Of a DNA stretch of 64,000 nucleotides, positions 39,057 to 48,978 are shown piece by piece. The DNA lies in IMG/VR virus record IMGVR_UViG_2841778323_000002, positions 13,536 through 77,535 of that record, one strand, 5' to 3'. The notes beneath the pieces were generated by a model that was not told where the DNA came from, made no database searches, and saw only the letters and a program-made list of their open reading frames with translations. A program made the position numbers and the translations under genes. The stretch is from a virus (Duplodnaviria > Caudoviricetes). The first letter of the stretch is position 1. The number at the start of each line of letters is the position of its first letter.

Positions 39057-39737
39057 ATGTTTAAACATGATAAAAAATTGTTAAGAGAAGTAAAAGTAGA
39101 AAGACCAAATCCTCAATATGCAGTTTTAATGCAAGAGCAATTAGGAGGAGGAAATGGAGAGTTAAAAGCAGCAATGCAATATTTATCTCAAAGCTTTAGA
39201 ATAAAAGATAAAGAGATAAAAGATTTATTTCTAGATATAGCAGCTGAAGAACTTAGCCATATGGAAATGGTTGCTCAAACAATAAATTTATTAAATGGAC
39301 ATGATGTTGATTATAAAGCAGTTGATTCTGGAGAAATAGAAACTCATGTATTAAGTGGATTATCACCATTTTTAATAAACTCTTCAGGAGCACCTTGGAC
39401 TGCTGATTATGTTACTGTAACAGGAGACTTAGTTGCAGATCTATTATCAAATATAGCATCAGAGCAAAGAGCAAAAGTTGTATATGAATATTTATATAGA
39501 CAAATTGACGATAAATATGTAAGAGAAACAATAGACTTCTTACTTAACAGAGAAGAAGCTCATAATGCTTTATTTAGAGATGCATTAAATAAGATTAAAG
39601 ATACAGGTTCAAATAGAGACTTTGGAGTTACTGAAGACTCTAAACTATACTTTGACTTATCTAGTCCGGGACCTAACAATCATAATACAAAGATAGATAT
39701 TAATCCGCCTTCTTTCAATGAACCAGTAAAAAAATAG
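39057..39737 (+). CDS. Manganese catalase family protein
   Basis: EQLGG..GEL.AAMQY, DIAAEELSHMEM, NIASEQRA and REEAH motifs. Confidence 0.9.
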   Translation: MFKHDKKLLREVKVERPNPQYAVLMQEQLGGGNGELKAAMQYLSQSFRIKDKEIKDLFLDIAAEELSHMEMVAQTINLLNGHDVDYKAVDSGEIETHVLSGLSPFLINSSGAPWTADYVTVTGDLVADLLSNIASEQRAKVVYEYLYRQIDDKYVRETIDFLLNREEAHNALFRDALNKIKDTGSNRDFGVTEDSKLYFDLSSPGPNNHNTKIDINPPSFNEPVKK

Positions 39738-39742
39738 TAAAT

Positions 39743-39773
39743 AAAAAAGAACTCTTTAAAAGGGTTCTTTTTT
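39743..39773 (+). terminator. Intrinsic terminator
   Basis: AAAAAAGAACTCT-TTAAA-AGGGTTCTTTTTT. Confidence 0.8.
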
Positions 39774-39886
39774 ATTTAGCTAAAGATTTATAATACTTAT
39801 TTAATTCACTAAATATTACGAATTGGTAAAAATAGGTAGATTAAAACTTAAGGTAACCGTATTATATACTTTGGAGGTGTATTAAA

Positions 39887-40300
39887 ATGAAGAAAATATC
39901 AGGTTTACTTTTGATTGTTGTTATGATTGTTTTACTAGTTGGATGTGGATATAAGCACGAAGCCAAAAACGATAATAAAAACCCACCAAAAAGTAAATAT
40001 GAAATAGATAACAAGGGGTCTATTTCAATGACAGACAAAGATTTTGAAAAATTCTACATTAGATCAAAAAAGGAAGCTTTAAAAACTATTGATACTTTAG
40101 ATGAAAATGACTATTTAGAAGCAAATAAATCTGCAATGGTTATTTTCGAAAATAACGCAATGGCATTTTTATTGCATGCAATTGATAAGCCAGGTGTAAA
40201 TGACAATACTGTTTTAGTAACATATGAATATGATAGTAAAGAAGATAAGTATGTAAAAGGACCTATTCAATATAATCACCATCTATATGAAGATATGTAA
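39887..40300 (+). CDS. Lipoprotein moron
   Basis: Lipobox LVGC; RBS GGAGG. Confidence 0.75.
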   Translation: MKKISGLLLIVVMIVLLVGCGYKHEAKNDNKNPPKSKYEIDNKGSISMTDKDFEKFYIRSKKEALKTIDTLDENDYLEANKSAMVIFENNAMAFLLHAIDKPGVNDNTVLVTYEYDSKEDKYVKGPIQYNHHLYEDM

Positions 40301-40443
40301 ATAAAAAGTGTAAAAAGAAACTAAAATATAAAGTATTTAGATGAACTCTAGAAATAGGGTTCTTTTTTATTTTTAAAACTAGGAATAAGTTGGGTAGTAA
40401 CATGAAATATATATTTATTAAACTGAAAACTTAATTAAAAGAG

Positions 40444-40866
40444 ATGATAAATTTGTTAAAGAAGTTTTGTAGATGTGGGAAAATTATTTCCCAAGAAATT
40501 TCTATGTGCTCTGAATGTGAAGCTAAATTTAATAATAGACAACAGAAAGTATATAAGGATTATAGAAAGAAAAGAGTAGACTTTAAAGAACAGAAATTTT
40601 ATTGTAGTAAAGAATGGAAGTTTACTAGAGATTCTGTAAGGCAAAGAGATGATGGTATATGTAAGTTATGTGATGATAACTTAAGTGATGTAGTACATCA
40701 TATAGAGACTTTAAAAGATTGCTGGAGCAAGAGATTAAATATGAATAACCTTATATGTTTATGAGATAGGTGTCATAAGAAGGTACATAGAATGTACGAT
40801 AAAGGAGAAGCATCTAAAATTAAGATGCAAAATGAACTAAAAGAATTGATAAAAGAAAATTATTAA
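40444..40866 (+). pseudogene. Packaging HNH endonuclease with in-frame TGA at 40762-40764
   Basis: FY.SKEW, RDDGICKLC and VHHI motifs; ...NLICL*DRCHKKVH...KENY* stays in frame. Confidence 0.85.
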
Positions 40867-40950
40867 AGGGTAGGGGGGTAGTCAAAAAGTTTTTAGCTTT
40901 TGACGTAAGTCCACGGTTGCAGTTTTTTTCCGCGGAAACTCCCCACTGAA
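40866..40950. other. Probable cos region
   Basis: GC-rich block (GGGGGGTAG...CCACGGTTGC...CCGCGGAAA) between HNH and TerS, the usual cos position; exact overhang not determinable. Confidence 0.55.
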
Positions 40951-40981
40951 AAATTTGAACAGGGATAGGAGGGAAAATAAG

Positions 40982-41443
40982 GTGGCAGGCAAAAAACAAC
41001 CAATTGAATTAGTAGTGGCAAATGGTAAGAAACACCTTACAAAAGCTGAGATTGAACAAAGAAAAAGTACAGAAGTAAAAGCAAATTCAGATAAAATAAA
41101 ACCTCCTACTCACTTAACAAAAGAAGAGAAAAAACAGTTTAAAAAGATATCAAAAGAGCTAATAGATATAGGCATAATGGGTAATCCAGATTGCAACTCA
41201 TTAGCTACATATATAAAAGCTTATAGTAGATATGTAAAGGTAGCTATTAAATTAGACTCATTAGATCCACAGGAAGATTTTGAAGAATATAATAAACTAT
41301 CAATAATTGAAGATAGACATATTAAACAATGCAGAAGCTTTGCTTCAGATATGGGGTTAACTATATCTAGCAGATGCAGATTGGTTATACCTAAACCAAG
41401 TACAGATGAAAAGAAAAACAAGTTTTCTAAGTTTGCAAAATAG
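40982..41443 (+). CDS. Terminase small subunit, P27 family
   Basis: PPTHL, LATY and MGLTISSRCRL motifs. Confidence 0.88.
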   Translation: MAGKKQPIELVVANGKKHLTKAEIEQRKSTEVKANSDKIKPPTHLTKEEKKQFKKISKELIDIGIMGNPDCNSLATYIKAYSRYVKVAIKLDSLDPQEDFEEYNKLSIIEDRHIKQCRSFASDMGLTISSRCRLVIPKPSTDEKKNKFSKFAK

Positions 41444-41456
41444 GGGGTGATTTTAT

Positions 41457-43178
41457 GTGAATTTAGATAGGGTTACTCAATATGCGGTAGATGTAGTAGA
41501 AGGAAAAATTATAGCTGGAAGACCTGCAATCCTAGCATGTAAAAGACATTTAGATGACTTAGAGAAGTCTAAATTAAATGCATATAAGCATGAGTTTGAT
41601 ATAGAAAAGGCAAATGATATTTTAGATTTTGCAGAAACACTTACAATAGCAGAGGGTGAGGAAGAAATCCCTGTAAATTTAGAAGGATTTCAAGTATTCA
41701 TATTAGGATGTCTAAATGGATGGGTTACAAAAGGTACTGGATATAGAAGATTTAGAACATCGTATGTTCAGCTAGGTAGACAAAATGGTAAATCATTTTT
41801 AAATGGTATTTTAGGTACATATTATGGAGCTTTTAGTGGATATAAATATGGACAACTATATTGTACGGCCACTAAGTCAGATCAAGCTAAAATAGTATTA
41901 AATGAAATGATTAAGTTTATTAACTCTGATGAAGATCTATCAGAGTTTTTTAAGGTTAAGGAACATGATAATACAATAATAGCTTTAAATACTAATTCTA
42001 TAATAAGAGCATTAGGAAGAGATACAAAATCAATAGATGGTTTTAGACCGTTGCTTGGTATAGTCGATGAATATCACGCCCATAAGAACAATCAAATGTA
42101 TAAGTTGCTTGAGGGTGGTACAAGAAAAATGAAACAGTGTTTAATTTCAGTAATAACTACTGCTGGATTTGAATTAAACTGTCCTTGTTTTAAGCTGTAT
42201 GAATACTGTAAAAACATTTTAGAAAATGTATTTACTAATGATGCTCAATTTGTGTATATAGCTGAAATGGATGAAGAAGATGATATTTGGAACTCTAAAA
42301 ATTGGATAAAAGCTAATCCACTAGTATGTAAAGATGCAGAAGATCTTGAAAATTTAAAAAGAGTAGGAGATTCTGCAAGAGATATGGGTGGAGATGATTT
42401 AAGAGATTTTCTAACAAAAGCATTAAATATATGGATTCAATTTACAGATGATCAATATATAAAGCCTAAGTTTTGGAAGGAATGTGAAAGTGAAAGAACT
42501 CTAGAAGATTTTAGGGGGCAAAAATGTTATGTAGGATTAGACTTAAGTTCCGGAGGAGACTTAACTTCAATAGCGTTGGTGTTTGTATATTATGTTGATG
42601 GGGTTAAGAAGTATTATATTCATTCTCATAGTTTTATACCAAAAATGAAAGTAGAGGAACATATCAAAAGTGACGATGCACCATATAATTTATGGATTAA
42701 AGATGAATTATTGACAGTTACAGAAACTTTAGGAGGTATTAAAACTGACTATAAATATATAATTAAATATTTAAAGGATCTTATTGAAAAATACGACCTT
42801 AAAATTGAACAGCTAGGCTATGATCCACATAATGCAGATGCTTTTTTAAGTGATTTATCAGAATTAGGATTTGATTGTATAGAAATTTATCAAACTCACA
42901 AATGGCTTAATGATCCTACTGAGGACTTTGAACTTGAGGTTAGAGCGAAAAATATTGAGTATAACAAAGAAAATGAGTTACTTTCATGGTCAGCCTTAAA
43001 TGCAAAAACTGTATCTAATCCAAATGGAGAAATTAAGATAGATAAAGATAGAAGAAATAAAAGAATAGACCCAATAGATGCTATTATAGATGCATATAAG
43101 TTAGCATTTAAAGAAGAAAGATTAGTAAATGTAAATGAATCAGTTGATAAGTATCTAGATATGATGGGATGGAATTAG
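41457..43178 (+). CDS. Terminase large subunit (Terminase_1)
   Basis: GRQNGKS, VDEYH, GLDLSSGGD and IDPIDA motifs. Confidence 0.95.
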   Translation: MNLDRVTQYAVDVVEGKIIAGRPAILACKRHLDDLEKSKLNAYKHEFDIEKANDILDFAETLTIAEGEEEIPVNLEGFQVFILGCLNGWVTKGTGYRRFRTSYVQLGRQNGKSFLNGILGTYYGAFSGYKYGQLYCTATKSDQAKIVLNEMIKFINSDEDLSEFFKVKEHDNTIIALNTNSIIRALGRDTKSIDGFRPLLGIVDEYHAHKNNQMYKLLEGGTRKMKQCLISVITTAGFELNCPCFKLYEYCKNILENVFTNDAQFVYIAEMDEEDDIWNSKNWIKANPLVCKDAEDLENLKRVGDSARDMGGDDLRDFLTKALNIWIQFTDDQYIKPKFWKECESERTLEDFRGQKCYVGLDLSSGGDLTSIALVFVYYVDGVKKYYIHSHSFIPKMKVEEHIKSDDAPYNLWIKDELLTVTETLGGIKTDYKYIIKYLKDLIEKYDLKIEQLGYDPHNADAFLSDLSELGFDCIEIYQTHKWLNDPTEDFELEVRAKNIEYNKENELLSWSALNAKTVSNPNGEIKIDKDRRNKRIDPIDAIIDAYKLAFKEERLVNVNESVDKYLDMMGWN

Positions 43179-43193
43179 AAGGGAGGTGTAAAA

Positions 43194-44456
43194 ATGAACC
43201 TTATAAAAAGTTTAAAAAATCTAATAATGCCTAAACCACAAACTGTTGATATGAGAAGTGAAAAGTTATTAGAGTGGCTAGGGATAACAACTAGAAATAA
43301 AAATATCTTAAGTGAAGTTACTTATTTTACTTGCTTAAAAATGTTATCTGAGACATTAGGTAAAATGCCTATTAAAATGTATCAAGAAACTGAAAAAGGG
43401 GTAATAAGAGCAGCCCCCAATAAAGTATATGATTTATTAAAGGTTAGACCTAACCCTTATATGACACCATCGATATTTTGGGCAACTGTAGAAAACAATA
43501 GAAATCACTTTGGAAATTCCTATGTCTATATAAGAAAAGAGTTTAAACGTGAAAAATATGGGGCTACATATGAAATAAAAGATTTGTGGATTATGCCAAG
43601 TAATGATGTACAAGTTATTATGGACAATAAAGGTATATTTGGAATTAAAGATGCACTTTGGTATATCTATACTGATAGATACACAGGCGAACAATTTGTA
43701 TTTAAAAATGAAGAAGTGCTACACTTTAAAACTTCATTTACCTTTGATGGGATACTAGGTGAGCCAGTTAGTAAAATTTTAAAATATACACTTGAGGGTG
43801 GAGTTGAAAGTCAAAACTTTATTAATAACCTTTATAAAACAGGACTTACTGCAAAGGCTACACTAGAATATACAGGTGATTTAGATAAGTCAAAAGAAGA
43901 TAAATTAATAGAAGGTATTTCAAGGTTTGCTAATGGTTCAGATAATGCAGGTAAAATAATTCCTATACCATTAGGTATGAAAATAACACCTTTAAATATA
44001 AAGCTAACAGATAGCCAATTTTATGAATTAAAGAAATTTTCATCACTTCAAATAGCAGGAGCATTTGGAATAAAGCCAAATCAAATAAATAACTATGAAA
44101 AATCTAGTTATTCAAGTGGAGAAATGCAACAACTTAGCTTTTATGTAGATACAGAACAATTTATATTAAAACAATATGAAGAGGAAATCTGCTATAAATT
44201 ATTAAGTGATGAAGAGAAAAATGAAAATAAGTATTATAAATTCAATGAAAAAGCTATTTTACGAACAGATGCAAAAACACAAGCAGAGTGCTTAACATCA
44301 TTTGTAAATAATGCTATATACACTCCAAATAATGCTAGAGATATTTTAGATATGCCAGCAATAGAAGGTGGAGACGTATTAATTTGTAATGGTAACTATA
44401 TACCTATCACAGATGTAGGAAAGCAATATTCGAAAGGAGGCGAAAACAGTGAATAA
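43194..44456 (+). CDS. Portal protein, HK97 family
   Basis: RPNPYMT, FGNSY and IAGAFGIKP motifs. Confidence 0.93.
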   Translation: MNLIKSLKNLIMPKPQTVDMRSEKLLEWLGITTRNKNILSEVTYFTCLKMLSETLGKMPIKMYQETEKGVIRAAPNKVYDLLKVRPNPYMTPSIFWATVENNRNHFGNSYVYIRKEFKREKYGATYEIKDLWIMPSNDVQVIMDNKGIFGIKDALWYIYTDRYTGEQFVFKNEEVLHFKTSFTFDGILGEPVSKILKYTLEGGVESQNFINNLYKTGLTAKATLEYTGDLDKSKEDKLIEGISRFANGSDNAGKIIPIPLGMKITPLNIKLTDSQFYELKKFSSLQIAGAFGIKPNQINNYEKSSYSSGEMQQLSFYVDTEQFILKQYEEEICYKLLSDEEKNENKYYKFNEKAILRTDAKTQAECLTSFVNNAIYTPNNARDILDMPAIEGGDVLICNGNYIPITDVGKQYSKGGENSE

Positions 44457-45294
44457 AATATTAAATTTACAAAATAAAGATACTAAAACTGGAGAATTAA
44501 AAAATGTTGGTAAGATAGAAATAAAAAATCAAACAGAAGAAAAAGCAGAGCTTTATTTCTATGGAGATATAGTTTCAGACAGTTGGAGTAGCTGGTGGGC
44601 AGACGAAGATAAATGCCCTCAAGATGTAAGTGACTTTCTTAAAGAACTAGAGAATTCACAAAATGTAGATATATATATCAACTCTGGCGGTGGGTCTGTA
44701 TTTGGTGGAATAGCAATTTATAGTATGTTAAAAAGACATAAAGGCAAAAAGACTGTTCATGTTGATGGATTAGCAGCAAGTATAGCTAGTGTAATAGCAC
44801 TTGCAGGAGATGAAGTTATAGTCCCTAAATATGCTAGCTTTATGATTCATAATCCTTTATGTATGCTATGGAACTCATATAATGCATCAGACTTAAGGAA
44901 AATTGCTAGTACATTGGATAGTTGCAAAGAAAGCATACTAAATATTTATATGGAAAATGCAAAAGAAGGAGTTACTAAAGAAGAATTGTCAGCCTTAATG
45001 GATGAAGAAAAGTGGTTTACTGGAGAAAGTGCAGCGGAACTATTTAATATAAAAGTTGAGGATGAATTTGAATTAGTAGCTTGCTCATCAGAGTTTTTAG
45101 ATAAATATAAAAATACTCCTAAAAACTTATTTGAAGAAAATAAAAAAAGTGATGAAAATCAAAAATTAGATATAGAAGAAATTGCAAATAAAGTACTTTT
45201 ACATCTACAGAATAAAAAAGAAGATGATAAAAAAGTAGAAAATACAATTGAAAAAGAAAAGAAAGATATATTGAAGGATTTAGATTTATACTAA
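44449..45294 (+). CDS. ClpP-like prohead protease
   Basis: INSGGGSVF, DGLAASIAS and MIHNP motifs. Confidence 0.93.
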   Translation: MNKILNLQNKDTKTGELKNVGKIEIKNQTEEKAELYFYGDIVSDSWSSWWADEDKCPQDVSDFLKELENSQNVDIYINSGGGSVFGGIAIYSMLKRHKGKKTVHVDGLAASIASVIALAGDEVIVPKYASFMIHNPLCMLWNSYNASDLRKIASTLDSCKESILNIYMENAKEGVTKEELSALMDEEKWFTGESAAELFNIKVEDEFELVACSSEFLDKYKNTPKNLFEENKKSDENQKLDIEEIANKVLLHLQNKKEDDKKVENTIEKEKKDILKDLDLY

Positions 45295-45346
45295 ATCTTT
45301 TTTTATTGTCAAAATCCAAAAATATATATAAAAGTGAGGAATAAAA

Positions 45347-46501
45347 ATGTCAAAAGAATTATTAGAATTAATGAATAAGATAAAAGCTCAAAAAGAATTA
45401 GTAAAGAATTTAGCTAATGAAAATAAACTAGAGGAAGCGAAAGCTGCTAAAGAAGAATTAAAAAATTTAAGTGATAAATTTGACCTTCTTTATGACTTAG
45501 AGGCTGGAGAAAATGAAGAAGCAAAAAATAAAATTAAAGATGGAGAAGGGATAAAAGTTACTCCAGAAAACAAAGATTCAATTGTTGAATTTGCTAATGC
45601 TGCAAGAAATGGATTTAAAATAGATAATAAAATGTCAGTTGGAACTCCAGCAGAGGGTGGATATACTGTTCCAGAAGATATATTAACTAAAATAAATACA
45701 TATAAAGAATCTAAAAAGTCTTTAAAGGATCTAGTAACAGTTGAAAAAGTTACTACTGATAAAGGACAAAGAACTTTCAAAAAGAGATCTCAACAAACTG
45801 GATTTGTTAAAGTAGGTGAAGGAGGTAAAATAGGTGAAAAAAATACACCTCAATTTGAGAGATTAAAATATGAAATTGAAAAATATGCAGGATATTTTAC
45901 TGTAACGAATGAATTACTTGCAGATTCAGACCAAAATATAGTTAATACTTTAATAGAATGGATAGGTGATGAATCAAGAGTAACTCAAAATAAATTAATA
46001 TTAGAACAAATAAAAACAATAGATGAGACAAAATTAAATGGATTAGATGATATTAAGAAGGCTTTAAATGTTGCTTTAGGGACTACTTTTAAGCCAACTA
46101 GTAAAATAATTACAAATGATGATGGATTACAATATTTAGATACACTAAAAGATTCAGATGGAAAATATATTTTACAACCAGATCCAAAAGAACCTATGGC
46201 ACTTAAATTATGTGCTGGATCATCAACTATACCAGTTGAAGTTTGTCCAAATAGTGATTTATCTACTACAGGAAATAAAATACCTTTTATAATAGGAGAT
46301 TTAAAAGAAGGTATAGTTTTCTGGGATAGATCTTTAATGAATATAAAAATGTCTGATACGGCAGCTATAGGAGAATTAAATGCATTTGAAGAAGATTTAA
46401 CTTTATTTAGAGCTATAGAAAGAGAAGATGTAACAATAAAAGATAAAGCTGCAATTGTTAATGGATATATAGATACAACTGTAGTAAGTTCAGAGCATTA
46501 A
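45347..46501 (+). CDS. Major capsid protein, HK97 family
   Basis: GGYTVPEDI and LKDSDGKYILQ motifs; N-terminal delta-domain coiled coil. Confidence 0.93.
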   Translation: MSKELLELMNKIKAQKELVKNLANENKLEEAKAAKEELKNLSDKFDLLYDLEAGENEEAKNKIKDGEGIKVTPENKDSIVEFANAARNGFKIDNKMSVGTPAEGGYTVPEDILTKINTYKESKKSLKDLVTVEKVTTDKGQRTFKKRSQQTGFVKVGEGGKIGEKNTPQFERLKYEIEKYAGYFTVTNELLADSDQNIVNTLIEWIGDESRVTQNKLILEQIKTIDETKLNGLDDIKKALNVALGTTFKPTSKIITNDDGLQYLDTLKDSDGKYILQPDPKEPMALKLCAGSSTIPVEVCPNSDLSTTGNKIPFIIGDLKEGIVFWDRSLMNIKMSDTAAIGELNAFEEDLTLFRAIEREDVTIKDKAAIVNGYIDTTVVSSEH

Positions 46502-46645
46502 TAAAAAATTAAAGTAAAAAATATTTTAGACTAATAATACGTTGAAATTACAAGGCATTATTAGTCTATTAAAGTTTTTGAAACACCTTAGAATCGATTT
46601 AAAAAGGTCGTTTTTTTAGCTATTTTTTAAGAAATGAGGGATTAA

Positions 46646-46921
46646 ATGATTCTAAATTTAGAAGAGGCTAAAAAGTTCTTAAAAGTAGATTTTGACGATG
46701 ATGATGAAGAAATTCAAGACTGTATAGATGTAGCTGAGGAATATCTAAAAGATGCTACTGGAAAAGAATTTACTAGCGAAAATAAAAGAGCTAAAAGATA
46801 TTGTAAAATATTAGTCAATGAATGGTACAAAGATAAAGGATTAATGGAAGAAGAAAAAAGGAAAAAAAGAGTGAGATTTTCACTACAAACTATTATAACT
46901 CAGTTAAAGTATGGTGATTAA
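46646..46921 (+). CDS. Head-tail connector (gp6-like)
   Basis: LEEAKKFLKVD and WY motifs. Confidence 0.85.
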   Translation: MILNLEEAKKFLKVDFDDDDEEIQDCIDVAEEYLKDATGKEFTSENKRAKRYCKILVNEWYKDKGLMEEEKRKKRVRFSLQTIITQLKYGD

Positions 46922-47269
46922 ATGGCTGAATGTAGATTAACAGAAAGAATAAAAATAGAAAAATTATCAGATTCAAAGGAAACTAATGAAAATGGATTTG
47001 ATGAAGAAGTTTGGAAAGAACATTATAAATGTTGGAGTGGCTATAAAAGAGTATCTGGAAAAGAATATATAGCTGCTAAAGCAAATAATAGTGAAAATAT
47101 AGTTACATTTACAGTTAGATACTGTAATAAGGTAAAAGAGTTACTAGATCCAGGAGCAAGTAAAATATTTATAATAGAATATAAAGGTTTTTATTATGAT
47201 ATTTTAGATGTTTTGGACTTTGAAAATAGGCATGAATTTGTAGATATTAAAGCTAAAATAAATTGTTAG
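46922..47269 (+). CDS. Head closure/head-tail adaptor
   Basis: RIKIE, SGKEY.AA and FTVRY motifs. Confidence 0.85.
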   Translation: MAECRLTERIKIEKLSDSKETNENGFDEEVWKEHYKCWSGYKRVSGKEYIAAKANNSENIVTFTVRYCNKVKELLDPGASKIFIIEYKGFYYDILDVLDFENRHEFVDIKAKINC

Positions 47270-47320
47270 ATTTCCAATTATTACCTTTTAGGTTATAATA
47301 TAGCTTGGAGGTGCTATGAC

Positions 47321-48130
47321 ATGAAAAAAATATTTATTTCAGCATTAATAATTATATCAATTATAGCTTTAGTAGGATGTTCAAACAAGAAAGAAGAAAC
47401 TAAAGTATACAAGCAAGGAGAAAAGGTAATAGTTAAGGATAAAAATGGTACAGATATGTATTCATTAACAATTGATTCAGTAAAAAGAGTTAATGACTTT
47501 GAATACAAAGAAGAGTTTAATAATCCACAAGAAATTATTGAAGTTACATATACATATGATAATTTAAATAAAGAAGATAAAAATTTATATATACATGGAC
47601 AAGACTTAACTGTATTAGATTCAAAAAATTCAGCAGCTGATGGAAGCTCTATGTTTCCAAAAGGTAAACCAAAAGAACTACCTAAGGGGGCAAATTGCAC
47701 AGTAGATGCTTATTATGGATTAAAAAATAAAAGTGATGAAGTTAAAATACTATTTGAGAGTAATCAATATGGACAAAAAGTAGAATTTAAAATACCAATT
47801 AAACAAAATTCAACTTCTCAAGATGAATTAAATAAAAAAATTGCTAAAGAAGCAGTTAAAGCTGATTTTATTAAAATAAATGATAATAAAATGTATGGTG
47901 AATCTGTTTTCGCGACTGGAGAAGTTTCAAATATAATTCCAGATGCAGTTTTCCCTACATTTACTTTAAAAGTACCAGAAGACGATGGATATGGAGTATA
48001 TGAAATTTCATTAGTAGATAAGGCAATGTTAAAAGATATTGAAGAAGGTAAAACGATAACGGTGTATGGTAAGGTAATGGATAGAAATGATTCTGGAATG
48101 CCTAGAATAAGTGGTAATTTAATAAAATAA
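47321..48130 (+). CDS. Lipoprotein moron inserted in the neck module
   Basis: Lipobox LVGC; beta-rich domain plus OB-like C-terminal domain; own TATAAT, RBS and terminator. Confidence 0.75.
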   Translation: MKKIFISALIIISIIALVGCSNKKEETKVYKQGEKVIVKDKNGTDMYSLTIDSVKRVNDFEYKEEFNNPQEIIEVTYTYDNLNKEDKNLYIHGQDLTVLDSKNSAADGSSMFPKGKPKELPKGANCTVDAYYGLKNKSDEVKILFESNQYGQKVEFKIPIKQNSTSQDELNKKIAKEAVKADFIKINDNKMYGESVFATGEVSNIIPDAVFPTFTLKVPEDDGYGVYEISLVDKAMLKDIEEGKTITVYGKVMDRNDSGMPRISGNLIK

Positions 48131-48183
48131 TAAAAGATAAAAAAGGAAGCTATAGAGCTTTCTTTTTTTATTTGGAGGTGTAT

Positions 48184-48546
48184 ATGTCAAGTACTATAGA
48201 ACTTGAGGGATTTGAAGAGTTTGAGGAATATGTAAAAAATATGGCTTTAGATACAGTTATAAAAAGGCAAGCTGTAAGGTCAGGTATAAAAATAATTGGA
48301 AAAGGATTAGAAAATGATACTCCAGAAGGACCAACAGGAGAACTTGCTGAAATAAAAGTATCTGTTAAAGAAAATGCTTTAGCAACAGAAGGAACTGCAA
48401 AAAGTAAAGCATTCTATGATATATTTCAAGAGTATGGAACAAGTGAACAAAAGGCTCATGTAGGATACTTTGAAAGAAGTGTTGAAGAAAACACAGAGGA
48501 AGCTATTTCAAAGGTAGCTCAAACGATATTTAGAAAAATGGGGTGA
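48184..48546 (+). CDS. HK97 gp10-like tail component
   Basis: TP..TGEL and FQEYGTS motifs. Confidence 0.82.
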   Translation: MSSTIELEGFEEFEEYVKNMALDTVIKRQAVRSGIKIIGKGLENDTPEGPTGELAEIKVSVKENALATEGTAKSKAFYDIFQEYGTSEQKAHVGYFERSVEENTEEAISKVAQTIFRKMG

Positions 48547-48550
48547 TATT

Positions 48551-48934
48551 TTGGAAAGTAATATAAAAATAGATGCCTCGATTATAAAAAAGAAATTAAA
48601 AGAAGTTTTAAACGATAAAGATATATTAGATTTAACAAGTGATAAAAAAGTATATTTTATTCATGCTAATAATCCTAAACCTCCATATATAGAGTATCAA
48701 GTTATTAGATCCAGAGGAAGTGAATATAGTGAGGGTAATATAGATTATTTAAATCACTTAGTCCAAATTGATATTTTTAGTTTAGGAGATTATACAAACT
48801 TAGAAACAATTATAATTAATAAATTTATCAAAGCTGGATTTGAATATAATGCAGGGAGTCCAGATTTATTTGAAGAAAAAACAGGATTAAAACATAAACC
48901 TTTGAGGTTTAATATTGATTTACCAACTAGCTAA
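48551..48934 (+). CDS. Tail terminator protein
   Basis: PPYI.Y, QIDIFS and HK.LRF motifs. Confidence 0.75.
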   Translation: MESNIKIDASIIKKKLKEVLNDKDILDLTSDKKVYFIHANNPKPPYIEYQVIRSRGSEYSEGNIDYLNHLVQIDIFSLGDYTNLETIIINKFIKAGFEYNAGSPDLFEEKTGLKHKPLRFNIDLPTS

Positions 48935-48978
48935 TCTAAGCTAGTTTTTTTATTTATAAAAGAAAGGAATGATGCAGA

